A DNA stretch of 64,000 nucleotides. Source: Escherichia virus TH58. Made by a program: the position numbers and the translations under genes. Of the stretch, positions 48,439-58,206 are shown piece by piece (positions within the stretch are counted from its first letter, which is position 1; each line of letters begins with the position of its first letter). Under the pieces are notes generated by a model, which saw only the letters and a program-made list of their open reading frames with translations, was not told where the DNA came from and ran no database searches. The stretch is from the sequence record MT446423.1. One strand, written 5' to 3'.

Positions 48439-49002
48439 ATGAACTTATTCGATGATGACGTCCGGCTTAACGAGCACCAAATTGCATGGAAGTCTAATGA
48501 CGCTGATGCGATTCAAAAATGTGCTGATATGTTTAAAGAAAAACCTGAGAATGAATTCTTTAAAATCATTAATGCTATTAATGAAAAGAAATCTATGTCA
48601 ATTGCTCAGGTCGACTACTCAAAATTTATGGTTGAGAACTCATTATCCCAGTTCCCAGAATGTATGCCAGCTGTTTACATGATGAACTTAGTCGGTTCTG
48701 AATTAAGTGATGAAGCGCACTTCAACTATATGATGGCGGCAATTCCGCGTGGTCGTCGATTCTCTAAATGGGCTAAACTAGTCGAAGACACTTCAGAGTT
48801 ACTAGTTATCAAACTGTTGATGAAACATTACACAATCAACATGAATGATGCTACCGAGTATAAGCGGCTCCTTGAAAAAAATAACAAGTTGCCAATAGTC
48901 CTTAAAGAACTGAAGGCCATGGTCACTGATGAGTTTCTCAAAGAAGTTACAAAAAATGTGAAAGAACAAAAACAATTTAAAAAAATAGCATTGGAATGGT
49001 AA
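48439..49002 (+). CDS. 62: Clamp loader small subunit gp62
   Basis: 187 aa directly after gene 44. Confidence 0.85.
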   Translation: MNLFDDDVRLNEHQIAWKSNDADAIQKCADMFKEKPENEFFKIINAINEKKSMSIAQVDYSKFMVENSLSQFPECMPAVYMMNLVGSELSDEAHFNYMMAAIPRGRRFSKWAKLVEDTSELLVIKLLMKHYTINMNDATEYKRLLEKNNKLPIVLKELKAMVTDEFLKEVTKNVKEQKQFKKIALEW

Positions 49003-49004
49003 AA

Positions 49005-49373
49005 ATGATTGAAATTAAATTGAAGAACCCTGAAGATTTTCTGAAAGTCAAAGAGACTTTGACCCGTATGGGCATCGCTAATAACAAGGATAAAGTCCTT
49101 TACCAGTCTTGTCATATCCTCCAAAAGCAAGGTAAGTACTATATCGTCCACTTTAAAGAAATGTTGCGTATGGATGGACGTCAGGTTGATATTGACGGTG
49201 AAGATTATCAGAGACGTGATTCGATTGCCCAGTTGCTTGAAGACTGGGGATTGATTGTTATTGAAGACTCTGCTCGTGAAGATCTATTTAGCCTGACTAA
49301 TAACTTCCGAGTTATCTCTTTTAAACAGAAAGATGTCTGGACTTTGAAAGCAAAATATACAATTGGTAATTAA
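49005..49373 (+). CDS. regA: Translational repressor RegA
   Basis: MIEIKLKNPEDFLKVKETLTRMGIANNKDKVLYQSCHILQK... matches T4 RegA; 122 aa. Confidence 0.9.
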   Translation: MIEIKLKNPEDFLKVKETLTRMGIANNKDKVLYQSCHILQKQGKYYIVHFKEMLRMDGRQVDIDGEDYQRRDSIAQLLEDWGLIVIEDSAREDLFSLTNNFRVISFKQKDVWTLKAKYTIGN

Positions 49374-49455
49374 AGCAATGGGACTTCGGTCCCATTTGGA
49401 GTATAATAAGTTCCATCAACAAACAAAAGACAATAACTCGTCTAAAGGAAATTAA

Positions 49456-52167
49456 ATGAAAGAATTTTACCTAACGGTTGAACAGATTGGTGATTCAATT
49501 TTTGAACGTTACATCGATTCTAATGGCTGTGAACGTACTCGTGAAGTAGAGTATAAGCCATCATTGTTTGCACATTGTCCTGAAAGTCAGGCCACGAAAT
49601 ATTTTGATATCTACGGTAAACCTTGTACTCGTAAACTGTTCGCTAACATGCGTGATGCCTCCCAATGGATTAAACGCATGGAAGATATCGGACTTGAAGC
49701 ACTTGGTATGGACGATTTCAAATTGGCGTATTTGTCTGACACTTATAACTATGAAATCAAATACGACCATACAAAAATTCGTGTGGCTAACTTCGACATC
49801 GAAGTAACATCTCCGGATGGGTTCCCTGAGCCGTCGCAAGCAAAACATCCGATTGATGCTATCACCCATTATGACTCAATTGACGACAGGTTCTACGTAT
49901 TTGATCTATTGAATTCTCCATATGGTAATGTGGAAGAATGGTCTATCGAAATTGCAGCTAAGCTTCAAGAACAAGGTGGTGATGAAGTTCCATCCGAAAT
50001 TATCGACAAAATCGTTTATATGCCGTTCGATAACGAAAAAGAATTGTTGATGGAATATCTCAACTTCTGGCAACAGAAAACTCCTGTCATTTTGACTGGA
50101 TGGAACGTTGAGTCATTTGATATTCCATATGTGTATAACCGAATCAAGAATATTTTTGGCGAATCTACTGCGAAACGTTTATCACCACATCGTAAAACTC
50201 GTGTTAAAGTTATCGAAAACATGTATGGTTCTCGTGAAATCATTACATTGTTCGGTATCTCTGTTCTTGATTACATTGACCTTTACAAAAAATTCTCTTT
50301 TACCAATCAACCGTCGTATTCTCTGGATTACATTTCAGAATTTGAATTGAACGTTGGTAAACTGAAATATGACGGCCCTATTTCTAAGCTTCGTGAAAGC
50401 AATCACCAACGATATATTTCTTATAACATTATCGACGTGTATCGTGTATTGCAAATTGATGCTAAGCGTCAGTTCATCAACTTGAGTTTGGACATGGGTT
50501 ATTATGCTAAGATACAGATTCAATCTGTGTTTAGTCCAATTAAAACATGGGATGCTATTATTTTTAATAGCCTTAAAGAGCAGAACAAGGTGATTCCACA
50601 AGGTCGTTCTCATCCGGTTCAACCTTATCCTGGCGCTTTTGTTAAGGAACCTATTCCAAATCGATACAAATATGTAATGAGTTTCGACCTTACATCTCTG
50701 TATCCAAGTATTATTCGCCAAGTGAATATTAGCCCAGAAACAATAGCAGGAACGTTTAAAGTAGCTCCATTGCATGATTATATTAACGCTGTTGCTGAAC
50801 GTCCTTCTGATGTGTACAGTTGTTCTCCTAACGGCATGATGTATTATAAAGACCGTGATGGTGTAGTTCCAACTGAAATCACTAAAGTCTTTAATCAACG
50901 TAAAGAACATAAAGGTTACATGCTTGCAGCTCAACGTAATGGTGAAATAATTAAAGAGGCATTGCATAATCCTAATCTTTCTGTCGACGAACCATTAGAT
51001 GTTGATTATCGTTTCGACTTCAGTGATGAGATTAAAGAAAAGATTAAAAAGTTGTCTGCTAAATCTCTTAATGAAATGTTGTTTAGAGCTCAACGTACTG
51101 AAGTTGCAGGTATGACTGCCCAAATTAACCGTAAATTGCTTATCAACTCACTTTATGGTGCACTTGGCAACGTTTGGTTCCGTTATTATGATTTGCGTAA
51201 TGCTACCGCAATCACAACATTTGGTCAAATGGCTTTACAGTGGATTGAACGTAAAGTTAATGAATATCTGAATGAAGTTTGTGGTACAGAAGGTGAAGCT
51301 TTCGTTCTATATGGTGATACAGACTCTATTTACGTATCTGCTGATAAAATTATCGATAAGGTTGGTGAATCTAAATTCCGTGATACCAACCATTGGGTAG
51401 ACTTCTTAGATAAGTTTGCACGTGAACGTATGGAACCAGCTATTGATAGAGGTTTCCGTGAAATGTGTGAATACATGAACAATAAACAACACTTAATGTT
51501 CATGGACCGAGAAGCTATCGCTGGTCCTCCGCTCGGTTCTAAAGGTATTGGTGGATTCTGGACTGGTAAGAAACGTTATGCATTAAACGTGTGGGACATG
51601 GAAGGTACTCGTTACGCTGAGCCTAAACTCAAAATAATGGGTCTAGAGACTCAGAAATCTTCGACTCCTAAAGCAGTACAGAAAGCTCTTAAAGAATGTA
51701 TTCGTCGTATGCTTCAAGAAGGTGAAGAATCATTACAAGAATATTTTAAAGAGTTTGAAAAAGAATTCCGTCAATTGAATTATATTAGCATCGCGTCGGT
51801 ATCTTCTGCGAATAACATTGCTAAATATGAAGTAGGTGGATTCCCGGGTCCTAAATGCCCGTTCCATATTCGTGGAATTCTGACGTATAACCGGGCTATC
51901 AAAGGTAATATCGATGCACCGCAAGTTGTAGAAGGTGAAAAAGTATATGTTCTGCCTTTACGTGAAGGAAACCCATTCGGTGATAAATGTATCGCATGGC
52001 CTTCTGGTACTGAAATCACAGATTTAATTAAAGACGACGTACTTCATTGGATGGACTACACTGTTCTCCTTGAGAAGACATTTATTAAACCACTTGAAGG
52101 ATTCACATCAGCAGCGAAACTCGATTACGAGAAGAAAGCATCTCTGTTCGATATGTTCGATTTTTGA
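49456..52167 (+). CDS. 43: DNA polymerase gp43 (family B)
   Basis: 903 aa; exonuclease motifs FDIEV and YNIIDV, polymerase motifs DLTSLYPSII, KILINSLYGALG, YGDTDS; N-terminus RB69-like from memory. Confidence 0.95.
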   Translation: MKEFYLTVEQIGDSIFERYIDSNGCERTREVEYKPSLFAHCPESQATKYFDIYGKPCTRKLFANMRDASQWIKRMEDIGLEALGMDDFKLAYLSDTYNYEIKYDHTKIRVANFDIEVTSPDGFPEPSQAKHPIDAITHYDSIDDRFYVFDLLNSPYGNVEEWSIEIAAKLQEQGGDEVPSEIIDKIVYMPFDNEKELLMEYLNFWQQKTPVILTGWNVESFDIPYVYNRIKNIFGESTAKRLSPHRKTRVKVIENMYGSREIITLFGISVLDYIDLYKKFSFTNQPSYSLDYISEFELNVGKLKYDGPISKLRESNHQRYISYNIIDVYRVLQIDAKRQFINLSLDMGYYAKIQIQSVFSPIKTWDAIIFNSLKEQNKVIPQGRSHPVQPYPGAFVKEPIPNRYKYVMSFDLTSLYPSIIRQVNISPETIAGTFKVAPLHDYINAVAERPSDVYSCSPNGMMYYKDRDGVVPTEITKVFNQRKEHKGYMLAAQRNGEIIKEALHNPNLSVDEPLDVDYRFDFSDEIKEKIKKLSAKSLNEMLFRAQRTEVAGMTAQINRKLLINSLYGALGNVWFRYYDLRNATAITTFGQMALQWIERKVNEYLNEVCGTEGEAFVLYGDTDSIYVSADKIIDKVGESKFRDTNHWVDFLDKFARERMEPAIDRGFREMCEYMNNKQHLMFMDREAIAGPPLGSKGIGGFWTGKKRYALNVWDMEGTRYAEPKLKIMGLETQKSSTPKAVQKALKECIRRMLQEGEESLQEYFKEFEKEFRQLNYISIASVSSANNIAKYEVGGFPGPKCPFHIRGILTYNRAIKGNIDAPQVVEGEKVYVLPLREGNPFGDKCIAWPSGTEITDLIKDDVLHWMDYTVLLEKTFIKPLEGFTSAAKLDYEKKASLFDMFDF

Positions 52168-52207
52168 TATAATGACATGGACGGTAAACTAATTAAATGA
52201 GAGAAAT

Positions 52208-52843
52208 ATGAAAACTACTCCTATTACTATCGCTATTGACGCAATCATAAAACAAGCTTCTTCTTTGGCCGCTATGGCCAAAGTAATTAGTCAAAACCCT
52301 GCTCGTTATAATGCTATTCTAGAAACTCTTCGACGCCCAGGACTTAGTAATTATGAAAGTCGTGTAATTATTACAGGTGTTGGTAAGAACGCTAATATCG
52401 CAACTAAAGCTTCTGAGACTTTTGCTTCATTAGGTATTCCTAGCATGTATTTGAACACCGGGCATTATTCTCACGGCGATGCAGGATTCATTGCGCCTAA
52501 TGATGTGTTGATTCATATTAGTCGTTCTGGTAAAACTGAAGAAATGATAGGCGTGGCTAAGCATCTTAAAATGATTCGTCCGAACGTCAAACAGATTCTG
52601 TTGCATTGTAACCCAGACATTCCACAAGAAAATGAAGCCCTTTTTGATTACTCTTTCTGTACAGGCATCGCAGTAGAGGTTGATGAGAATTCTCTGGCTC
52701 CGACTATGTCCACTACATTGTTGTTAGCGCTTATCGATACGTTTGCTATCAACCTTTCGTCTGAACGTGGATTTACCTCTAATGACTTCCTTAAGTTCCA
52801 CCCTGGTGGTGCACTAGGTGCCATGTTACGAGGCGAACAATGA
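52208..52843 (+). CDS. SIS-domain sugar-phosphate isomerase (KdsD/GutQ-like, probable arabinose-5-phosphate isomerase)
   Basis: ITGVGKNANIATKASETFASLGIPSMYLNTGHYSHGDAGF...HISRSGKTEE...HPGGALG follows the KdsD SIS pattern; 211 aa, no CBS domains. Confidence 0.65.
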   Translation: MKTTPITIAIDAIIKQASSLAAMAKVISQNPARYNAILETLRRPGLSNYESRVIITGVGKNANIATKASETFASLGIPSMYLNTGHYSHGDAGFIAPNDVLIHISRSGKTEEMIGVAKHLKMIRPNVKQILLHCNPDIPQENEALFDYSFCTGIAVEVDENSLAPTMSTTLLLALIDTFAINLSSERGFTSNDFLKFHPGGALGAMLRGEQ

Positions 52844-52983
52844 AAGCAATAACAATAGGACTTTTACTATTGATGCTTGTCATGACTATCTACTGGAGCT
52901 TAACGGCTCCAGTAATGATTCCAACACTTGTAATCGGATGGATTATGATTGGACTACAAGCAAAGTATGAATGCTTTAACTAG
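52840..52983 (+). CDS. Small membrane peptide (47 aa)
   Basis: ATGA overlap with SIS gene stop; GAGG RBS; two hydrophobic segments. Confidence 0.35.
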   Translation: MKAITIGLLLLMLVMTIYWSLTAPVMIPTLVIGWIMIGLQAKYECFN

Positions 52984-52996
52984 AATAGTGTACAAT
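52972..52996 (+). promoter_or_regulatory. Candidate MotA-dependent middle promoter
   Basis: TGCTTTA at 52972-52978, 12-nt spacer, TACAAT 52991-52996; upstream of ATG 53025. Confidence 0.45.
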
Positions 52997-53024
52997 ACTC
53001 CTACTTACCAATGAGGACCACAAC

Positions 53025-54710
53025 ATGAAAAAAGCTGTTATTCTTGGTGCTGGACTGGCAACTCGTTTGTATCCAATAACGCATCATATTCCTAAGGTGC
53101 TTGTTAACTATAAACAAGACACTATTCTGAGCAATTTGTATACAATTTATTCTGACCTTGGCGCAGATGAAATTATTGTAGTAGTTCATTCAAAATTTGC
53201 TGAAACCGTTCGAGCTTATTGTGAGCAAGAAGGGTTCAATGTGACTATTCGTACAGTTGATGAAGCATATGGTTCTGCTTATGCTCTTGCTAAATTGCAC
53301 AAAGATTTAGACGGTCATAATGTAATTGTTAACTGGTGTGATATTATTCCCGATTTTGGTTCATGGTCTTGGAATGTTAACGCAATCTATGTTAAGGGTG
53401 ACGAATGTCGATATAATTTCGACGGTGAAAATATCACTAACGTAGGTTCAACAGGTGGTAATGTTGTAGGAATTTATCAGTTCAAAGACTGGGAATTCTA
53501 TATGGGTTCTACTGATGAGGAAATTCATGAATACTGCAAAGGACGTGATTTCGTAGAATTCCTTTACGGCAGCGCATTCAATAAATCAGAGCTTATGAAT
53601 CTAATTGATTTAGGTGATATGCCTAAACTTGAAAAGGCTCATGAAGTTCGTGAACTTAATCGTAGTTTTAATGCGGTTGAAATTGGTGAAGAAACTGTAA
53701 CTAAATTCGCATTAACCGAACAGGGCCGATCTCTTCAGAAAGATGAGATTTCATGGTATCTTAAAGTGAAATCAGATTCAGTTCCTCAGTTAGTTTCTGT
53801 TAATGAAAATAACTTTGAAATGGAACGCATTAAAGGTAAGCCGGCATTTGAATATATTAAATCCAAATCGAGTCTTGCTCGTCCACAAATTGTTGATGCA
53901 ATTTTAGATGCACTGAAATTCAGCACAGACACTTATTTTGTAAGTCCTGAAACTGTTCGTCGTGATTTCACTAAAGAATTCTATACTAAAGTCATCGATC
54001 GTTGTGAAAGTATTCAACCATTGATTGATTCATTTGGTAAAATCACACATGTGAACTACACTAAGATTGGACGTCTGAAGCCAATGTTGAAACAAGCTTT
54101 AGAACACCTTATTCGTTATCATAACCGTTCTCAGGGACAGTACTCTGTTATTCATGGTGACCCGAACTTCAGTAATACTATGATTACTGATAATGGTGAA
54201 GTAAAGTTTATCGACCCTCGTGGATATTTTGGTGAAACCAAGATTTACGGGCCAAAATTGTATGACGAAGCTAAAGTGCTTTACGCTGTTTCAGGTTATG
54301 ATGAATTCAACGCCAATCCGACCTGGGGACAGTTTACTATTGATGAAATAACCTGTAATGTGACTATTAACATCAATCCATTAGTTTACAAATATGGAAA
54401 GATGAGTTCGTTTAACGTGTATCATCATTTGGCAGTGGCAATTATCTGGATTGCATTAGGTGGTTATTTCAAGAATAATCCACTTAAAGCGGTAGCCGCA
54501 TATTATAAAGGTATGGAACTTCTGACTAAGCAATTACGTAACATGGGCCGTGTACTTCAGGACGGCACTATTAGTTATGATGTAGCAGAACCTGTAACGG
54601 CTACTCTGATTACAAAAAATCCTGGTAAATGGGTACTAACTGATAAAGAAACTGGTGTTTCTTATCGTCCAATCGGTGGCGATAACACTCATCAATGGGA
54701 ACGAATCTAA
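53025..54710 (+). CDS. Bifunctional sugar-1-phosphate nucleotidyltransferase / sugar kinase
   Basis: N-terminal MKKAVILGAGLATRLYPIT (NDP-sugar pyrophosphorylase G-loop); C-terminal HGDPNFSN and FIDPRG (APH/choline-kinase-like motifs); 561 aa. Confidence 0.65.
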   Translation: MKKAVILGAGLATRLYPITHHIPKVLVNYKQDTILSNLYTIYSDLGADEIIVVVHSKFAETVRAYCEQEGFNVTIRTVDEAYGSAYALAKLHKDLDGHNVIVNWCDIIPDFGSWSWNVNAIYVKGDECRYNFDGENITNVGSTGGNVVGIYQFKDWEFYMGSTDEEIHEYCKGRDFVEFLYGSAFNKSELMNLIDLGDMPKLEKAHEVRELNRSFNAVEIGEETVTKFALTEQGRSLQKDEISWYLKVKSDSVPQLVSVNENNFEMERIKGKPAFEYIKSKSSLARPQIVDAILDALKFSTDTYFVSPETVRRDFTKEFYTKVIDRCESIQPLIDSFGKITHVNYTKIGRLKPMLKQALEHLIRYHNRSQGQYSVIHGDPNFSNTMITDNGEVKFIDPRGYFGETKIYGPKLYDEAKVLYAVSGYDEFNANPTWGQFTIDEITCNVTININPLVYKYGKMSSFNVYHHLAVAIIWIALGGYFKNNPLKAVAAYYKGMELLTKQLRNMGRVLQDGTISYDVAEPVTATLITKNPGKWVLTDKETGVSYRPIGGDNTHQWERI

Positions 54711-55096
54711 TGCACCGTGTAAAAAACATGCTTAATCTTTGTTTTGACGTCGATGATTGTATAACAGAGTGGAATAACAATCGTGATTACGTGAACTTCA
54801 AACCGGACGTCGAAATGGTGTCTGCCATTAATGCCCTGTATGATGCAGGGCATACCATAACGCTTTACACTGCTCGCGGTATGAAGTCAGTCGGTCCTGG
54901 TCGTATAGCAATTGACATTCTCCCAAGTCTGATTCAGAACTTGGCAAACATTGGATTGAAGTACCATAATTTGCTAACACATAAACCAGTATATGATTGG
55001 ATTATCGACGACAAAGCTATGCGTCCTGACGAATTCAAAGCTCTTATGAATAAAGGCGAATTCGAAACATTTAAATCATATAAACCGAATCTATAA
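54710..55096 (+). CDS. Small HAD-superfamily phosphatase
   Basis: Motif I LCFDVDDCIT, motif II TLYTARG, motif IV WIIDDK; 128 aa. Confidence 0.55.
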   Translation: MHRVKNMLNLCFDVDDCITEWNNNRDYVNFKPDVEMVSAINALYDAGHTITLYTARGMKSVGPGRIAIDILPSLIQNLANIGLKYHNLLTHKPVYDWIIDDKAMRPDEFKALMNKGEFETFKSYKPNL

Positions 55097-55150
55097 TAAT
55101 TTAAGTAAGACCTGCAAAAACCATCGCAACAATTAACGCGAGATGCAAAA

Positions 55151-56311
55151 ATGAATACCTTTAAAATCGGAACGAATTTTGATTTAGCTCTTCTTGATAA
55201 AATCGTAGAGCTCAATAAAACTTATCCTAATAGCTTGATAAACGAAGTATACGGCTCTACAAGAGAAATGGCTTTTGTAGCAGCCAGACCTGATTTTAGG
55301 CTTCCTGACGTTGACAAAAAGATGTTAGAAGATTACGTTAAACGTTGTAACGAATTAGGTATTTGCTTTAACTATACACTCAACACGATAAATCCTGGTT
55401 CAAAAAGAGAACTAGTTGAGTGGAAGAAGAAAGCTATTCAGGATTATGTTCAGTATCTTTGGTCAATAGGTGTATGGCGTATTACTATCGCTAACCCTGT
55501 TGTTATGGAAATTGTTCGTGAAGTCAATAAAGACATTGAGATTGAAGTTTCAACAATTCTACATGTCGATGCTGTAACTCAAATCAAATACTTGCATGAC
55601 CAATATAATATCAAAAAGGTCTGCTGTGGAATTCACAAGAACCGTTCAGTTTCTTTCCTGAAGCGTGCAGCAGAGTTTTGCAATAAGAACAATATAATAT
55701 TTGAAGTTCTTGTAAATGAGTTCTGTTCTAATGCTGGTAAAGGGTATACAACACATTGTAGTTATCGTGACTCTTGCTATATTTTCCATAGCACCGATGT
55801 TACAGTAGATGATGCCAAATCCTTAAATGGATATCCAATGCAACACTGTATTAAAGCTCGTGATACAGATCCATTTAACTGGTTGAGAACTCGTTTTGTT
55901 CGTCCTCAAGATTTGAAACTTTATAATGATATTGGTATCACTCAATTCAAAGTTTCAGGACGTACAGGTAGCACAGACTACATTTTGAAAGTTCTTGAAG
56001 CATACGCTTCTGAAAAGTTTGAAGGTAATTTGTTAGAACTGTGGAAGCCTTTAGAGACTATTTTCACTCTTGAAAACGAAACTGAGTTTTCACATACAGT
56101 AAATATTGAAACCTCTTTGTTAGATGGCTTTTTAGAAAAAAGGTGGTTCAAACATCCAGATTTCGATTGTGCTAATGAAATCTGCGGGACGACGTGTACA
56201 TATTGTGAAAGATATTATAAACGTCAGTTATCTAAAAATGGGTTATCAGAAAACTCTATATCTATTATTGATATAACTAACTCTGACGACGCTTTGAGGT
56301 ACCCAGAATGA
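55151..56311 (+). CDS. Uncharacterised protein with C-terminal 4-Cys cluster (possible metal or Fe-S site); weak U32-family resemblance
   Basis: C-terminal CANEICGTTCTYC (C-x4-C-x3-C-x2-C); GITQFKVSGR resembles a U32-family K-I-E-G-R segment; the U32 signature itself is not matched; 386 aa. Confidence 0.35.
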   Translation: MNTFKIGTNFDLALLDKIVELNKTYPNSLINEVYGSTREMAFVAARPDFRLPDVDKKMLEDYVKRCNELGICFNYTLNTINPGSKRELVEWKKKAIQDYVQYLWSIGVWRITIANPVVMEIVREVNKDIEIEVSTILHVDAVTQIKYLHDQYNIKKVCCGIHKNRSVSFLKRAAEFCNKNNIIFEVLVNEFCSNAGKGYTTHCSYRDSCYIFHSTDVTVDDAKSLNGYPMQHCIKARDTDPFNWLRTRFVRPQDLKLYNDIGITQFKVSGRTGSTDYILKVLEAYASEKFEGNLLELWKPLETIFTLENETEFSHTVNIETSLLDGFLEKRWFKHPDFDCANEICGTTCTYCERYYKRQLSKNGLSENSISIIDITNSDDALRYPE

Positions 56312-56457
56312 TTTCTAGAAAAACTTTTAACCACCAACTTAATGAAGAGATTTTGACTACGAAAATTAACAGCAACGAACAAATTCTTAAAAAGGCCCTT
56401 ATTGGCCTGTTTGAAACTAAAGCGGCTAAAGTGATTAAAGAACCTGTTCAATTGTAA
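56308..56457 (+). CDS. Small ORF (49 aa) ending at an in-frame TAA followed by 30 more open codons
   Basis: ATGA overlap with upstream gene; frame stays open after the TAA at 56455-56457 until 56546. Confidence 0.3.
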   Translation: MISRKTFNHQLNEEILTTKINSNEQILKKALIGLFETKAAKVIKEPVQL

Positions 56458-56589
56458 TACTACGCTGATGCATTTCTTCATAGTGTTCTTGGAAATATCG
56501 ATGCTGAAGCTTTACGTTATATCAACACCGCTAAGAAATTCAAATAAGCTTTATGAATTGAGTATATAATAAATTGTATTGAGGTAAAC

Positions 56590-57306
56590 ATGGGAAAACA
56601 TAACACAATGAAATATATTAAAGCCGCAGATTTTCAATCCGCATTTAAAGCTGTCAATCGTGAAATTTTAGAAAACCCGGAATTCGTTACTGATTCTCGT
56701 ATTGGACGTTGTAATGAAATTGGGTCTATGACAGTAGTTGTTGACACTCCATCATCATTCAAAATGACCGACCCACGTATTAACCGCATCTCTTATGAAT
56801 ATGCTGAAGATTTCTGGAAGTTTATGATTTCTGGCGGTACCGACGCAGAAGAAGCATTTAAGGCATATCCTAATGTCGCTAAATTTATTTCTAAACCAAA
56901 ATCAGATGCTTTGCCTGCGAACTTCAACACTTTCTATGGTCCACGAATTGCGGCCCAGTTACCAGCTCTTCTCAAAGAACTTAAAGAGAAACCTAATTCA
57001 CGAAGAGTTGTGTTCCAAATTCTAGAAAGTTCAGATCAGGCTTTGCTTGATTCGGACGAAACACTTGAATATCCATGTACTGACTCAGTGACTTATTATA
57101 TTCGTGATGGTAAGCTTTATACCCACTGTCATATGCGTTCTCAGAACTGTGCTGTTGTTATGCAGTTGGATTTTTATCTCCAAGGAAAATTACTTCATTA
57201 TATCGCTAACGAATGTGGTGTAGAAGTTGGTGATTATACTCATACCATGGTAAGTGCCCATGTGTTTGAACGTGATTTTGATTATGTTAAAGGATTCCTT
57301 GACTAA
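56590..57306 (+). CDS. Thymidylate-synthase-fold pyrimidine hydroxymethylase (divergent gp42 analog)
   Basis: Catalytic-Cys region EYPCTDSVTYYIRDGKLYTHCHMRSQN parallels TS and dCMP hydroxymethylase; downstream Asp (MQLDF) at the specificity position; 238 aa. Confidence 0.6.
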   Translation: MGKHNTMKYIKAADFQSAFKAVNREILENPEFVTDSRIGRCNEIGSMTVVVDTPSSFKMTDPRINRISYEYAEDFWKFMISGGTDAEEAFKAYPNVAKFISKPKSDALPANFNTFYGPRIAAQLPALLKELKEKPNSRRVVFQILESSDQALLDSDETLEYPCTDSVTYYIRDGKLYTHCHMRSQNCAVVMQLDFYLQGKLLHYIANECGVEVGDYTHTMVSAHVFERDFDYVKGFLD

Positions 57307-58205
57307 TGGCTATTTTCCGCGTACCTATCTTGAGTATGCGGTCTTATGAAACTGGTCAGTATGCTATCCTTAAGGATGGTAACTTCCAACTTCATTTGCA
57401 CCGTGCTAATCCAGGTGATGTGATTACATATCCACGTAATGCATCTGATATTAAAGAATGTGAACGTCTTTTCCCAGAATTTAAGTTTGTTCCATTATGG
57501 TATAAAGATAACGCGTATAACACTCGTAAATATTTCTGGTCTGAAAATGAATTTGTGGTTGATTCATTAATTGCTTATTATGATTGTGATTTTCTAATCA
57601 CAGATATCACTGGATATGACGGCGCTTTTGATGTGGAATTCAATTTCAATATCACTGCAGACCCTAATAAACCGCGTTTTTATATTGACGAATTCTTAAA
57701 AACCGACATGTTGTCGGTTAATCGTTCACTTCAAACTACTGTGTTGAATGAACGTCAAAAGGAAGTGCTGGTTAACGCTGGTGCGGATGGTAATAAGATT
57801 ATCGTAACGCAGAAAGTTATACGTCCTTCCATCATGCAGCGTCTTGTAGGTGATTTGGCTCCTATTCATCTAGATGGTATTTTTCATCCATTTCGAATTA
57901 GTGACCCGTGCTATCGTTTTGAACAAGTGGTTGAATGTGCAATTCAATTAGGTCAACCGCTTTATATAACCGATCCAAATAATAGCTTCGACAGAAATAA
58001 GTATCCTGAAGAAGCGCTGATTCGAATTTTTAAACCAACTAAAACTGAGTACTATCAAATTCTTAAAGGTCGGCCGAAGATTCAATATTTCGAAAATCCT
58101 GAAGAAGTATTCCATCCAGGTCTTGGCGAGTTCATCTACTTTAACGCTTTAATTTCTTCGCCGTATAATATACCTAAATATGAAGATGTCGTAATCGAGG
58201 AATAA
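57306..58205 (+). CDS. Uncharacterised protein (candidate DNA sugar transferase by context)
   Basis: 299 aa; no motif recognised; sits between the hydroxymethylase and a kinase where T4 has beta-gt. Confidence 0.4.
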   Translation: MAIFRVPILSMRSYETGQYAILKDGNFQLHLHRANPGDVITYPRNASDIKECERLFPEFKFVPLWYKDNAYNTRKYFWSENEFVVDSLIAYYDCDFLITDITGYDGAFDVEFNFNITADPNKPRFYIDEFLKTDMLSVNRSLQTTVLNERQKEVLVNAGADGNKIIVTQKVIRPSIMQRLVGDLAPIHLDGIFHPFRISDPCYRFEQVVECAIQLGQPLYITDPNNSFDRNKYPEEALIRIFKPTKTEYYQILKGRPKIQYFENPEEVFHPGLGEFIYFNALISSPYNIPKYEDVVIEE

Positions 58206-58206
58206 A

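Noticed and set aside
49381-49408. Hairpin GGGACTTCGGTCCC plus TATAAT downstream of regA as the gene 43 translational operator
   Set aside because: Its position suits a terminator/promoter pair equally well and the gp43 operator could not be defined from sequence alone; left unannotated.
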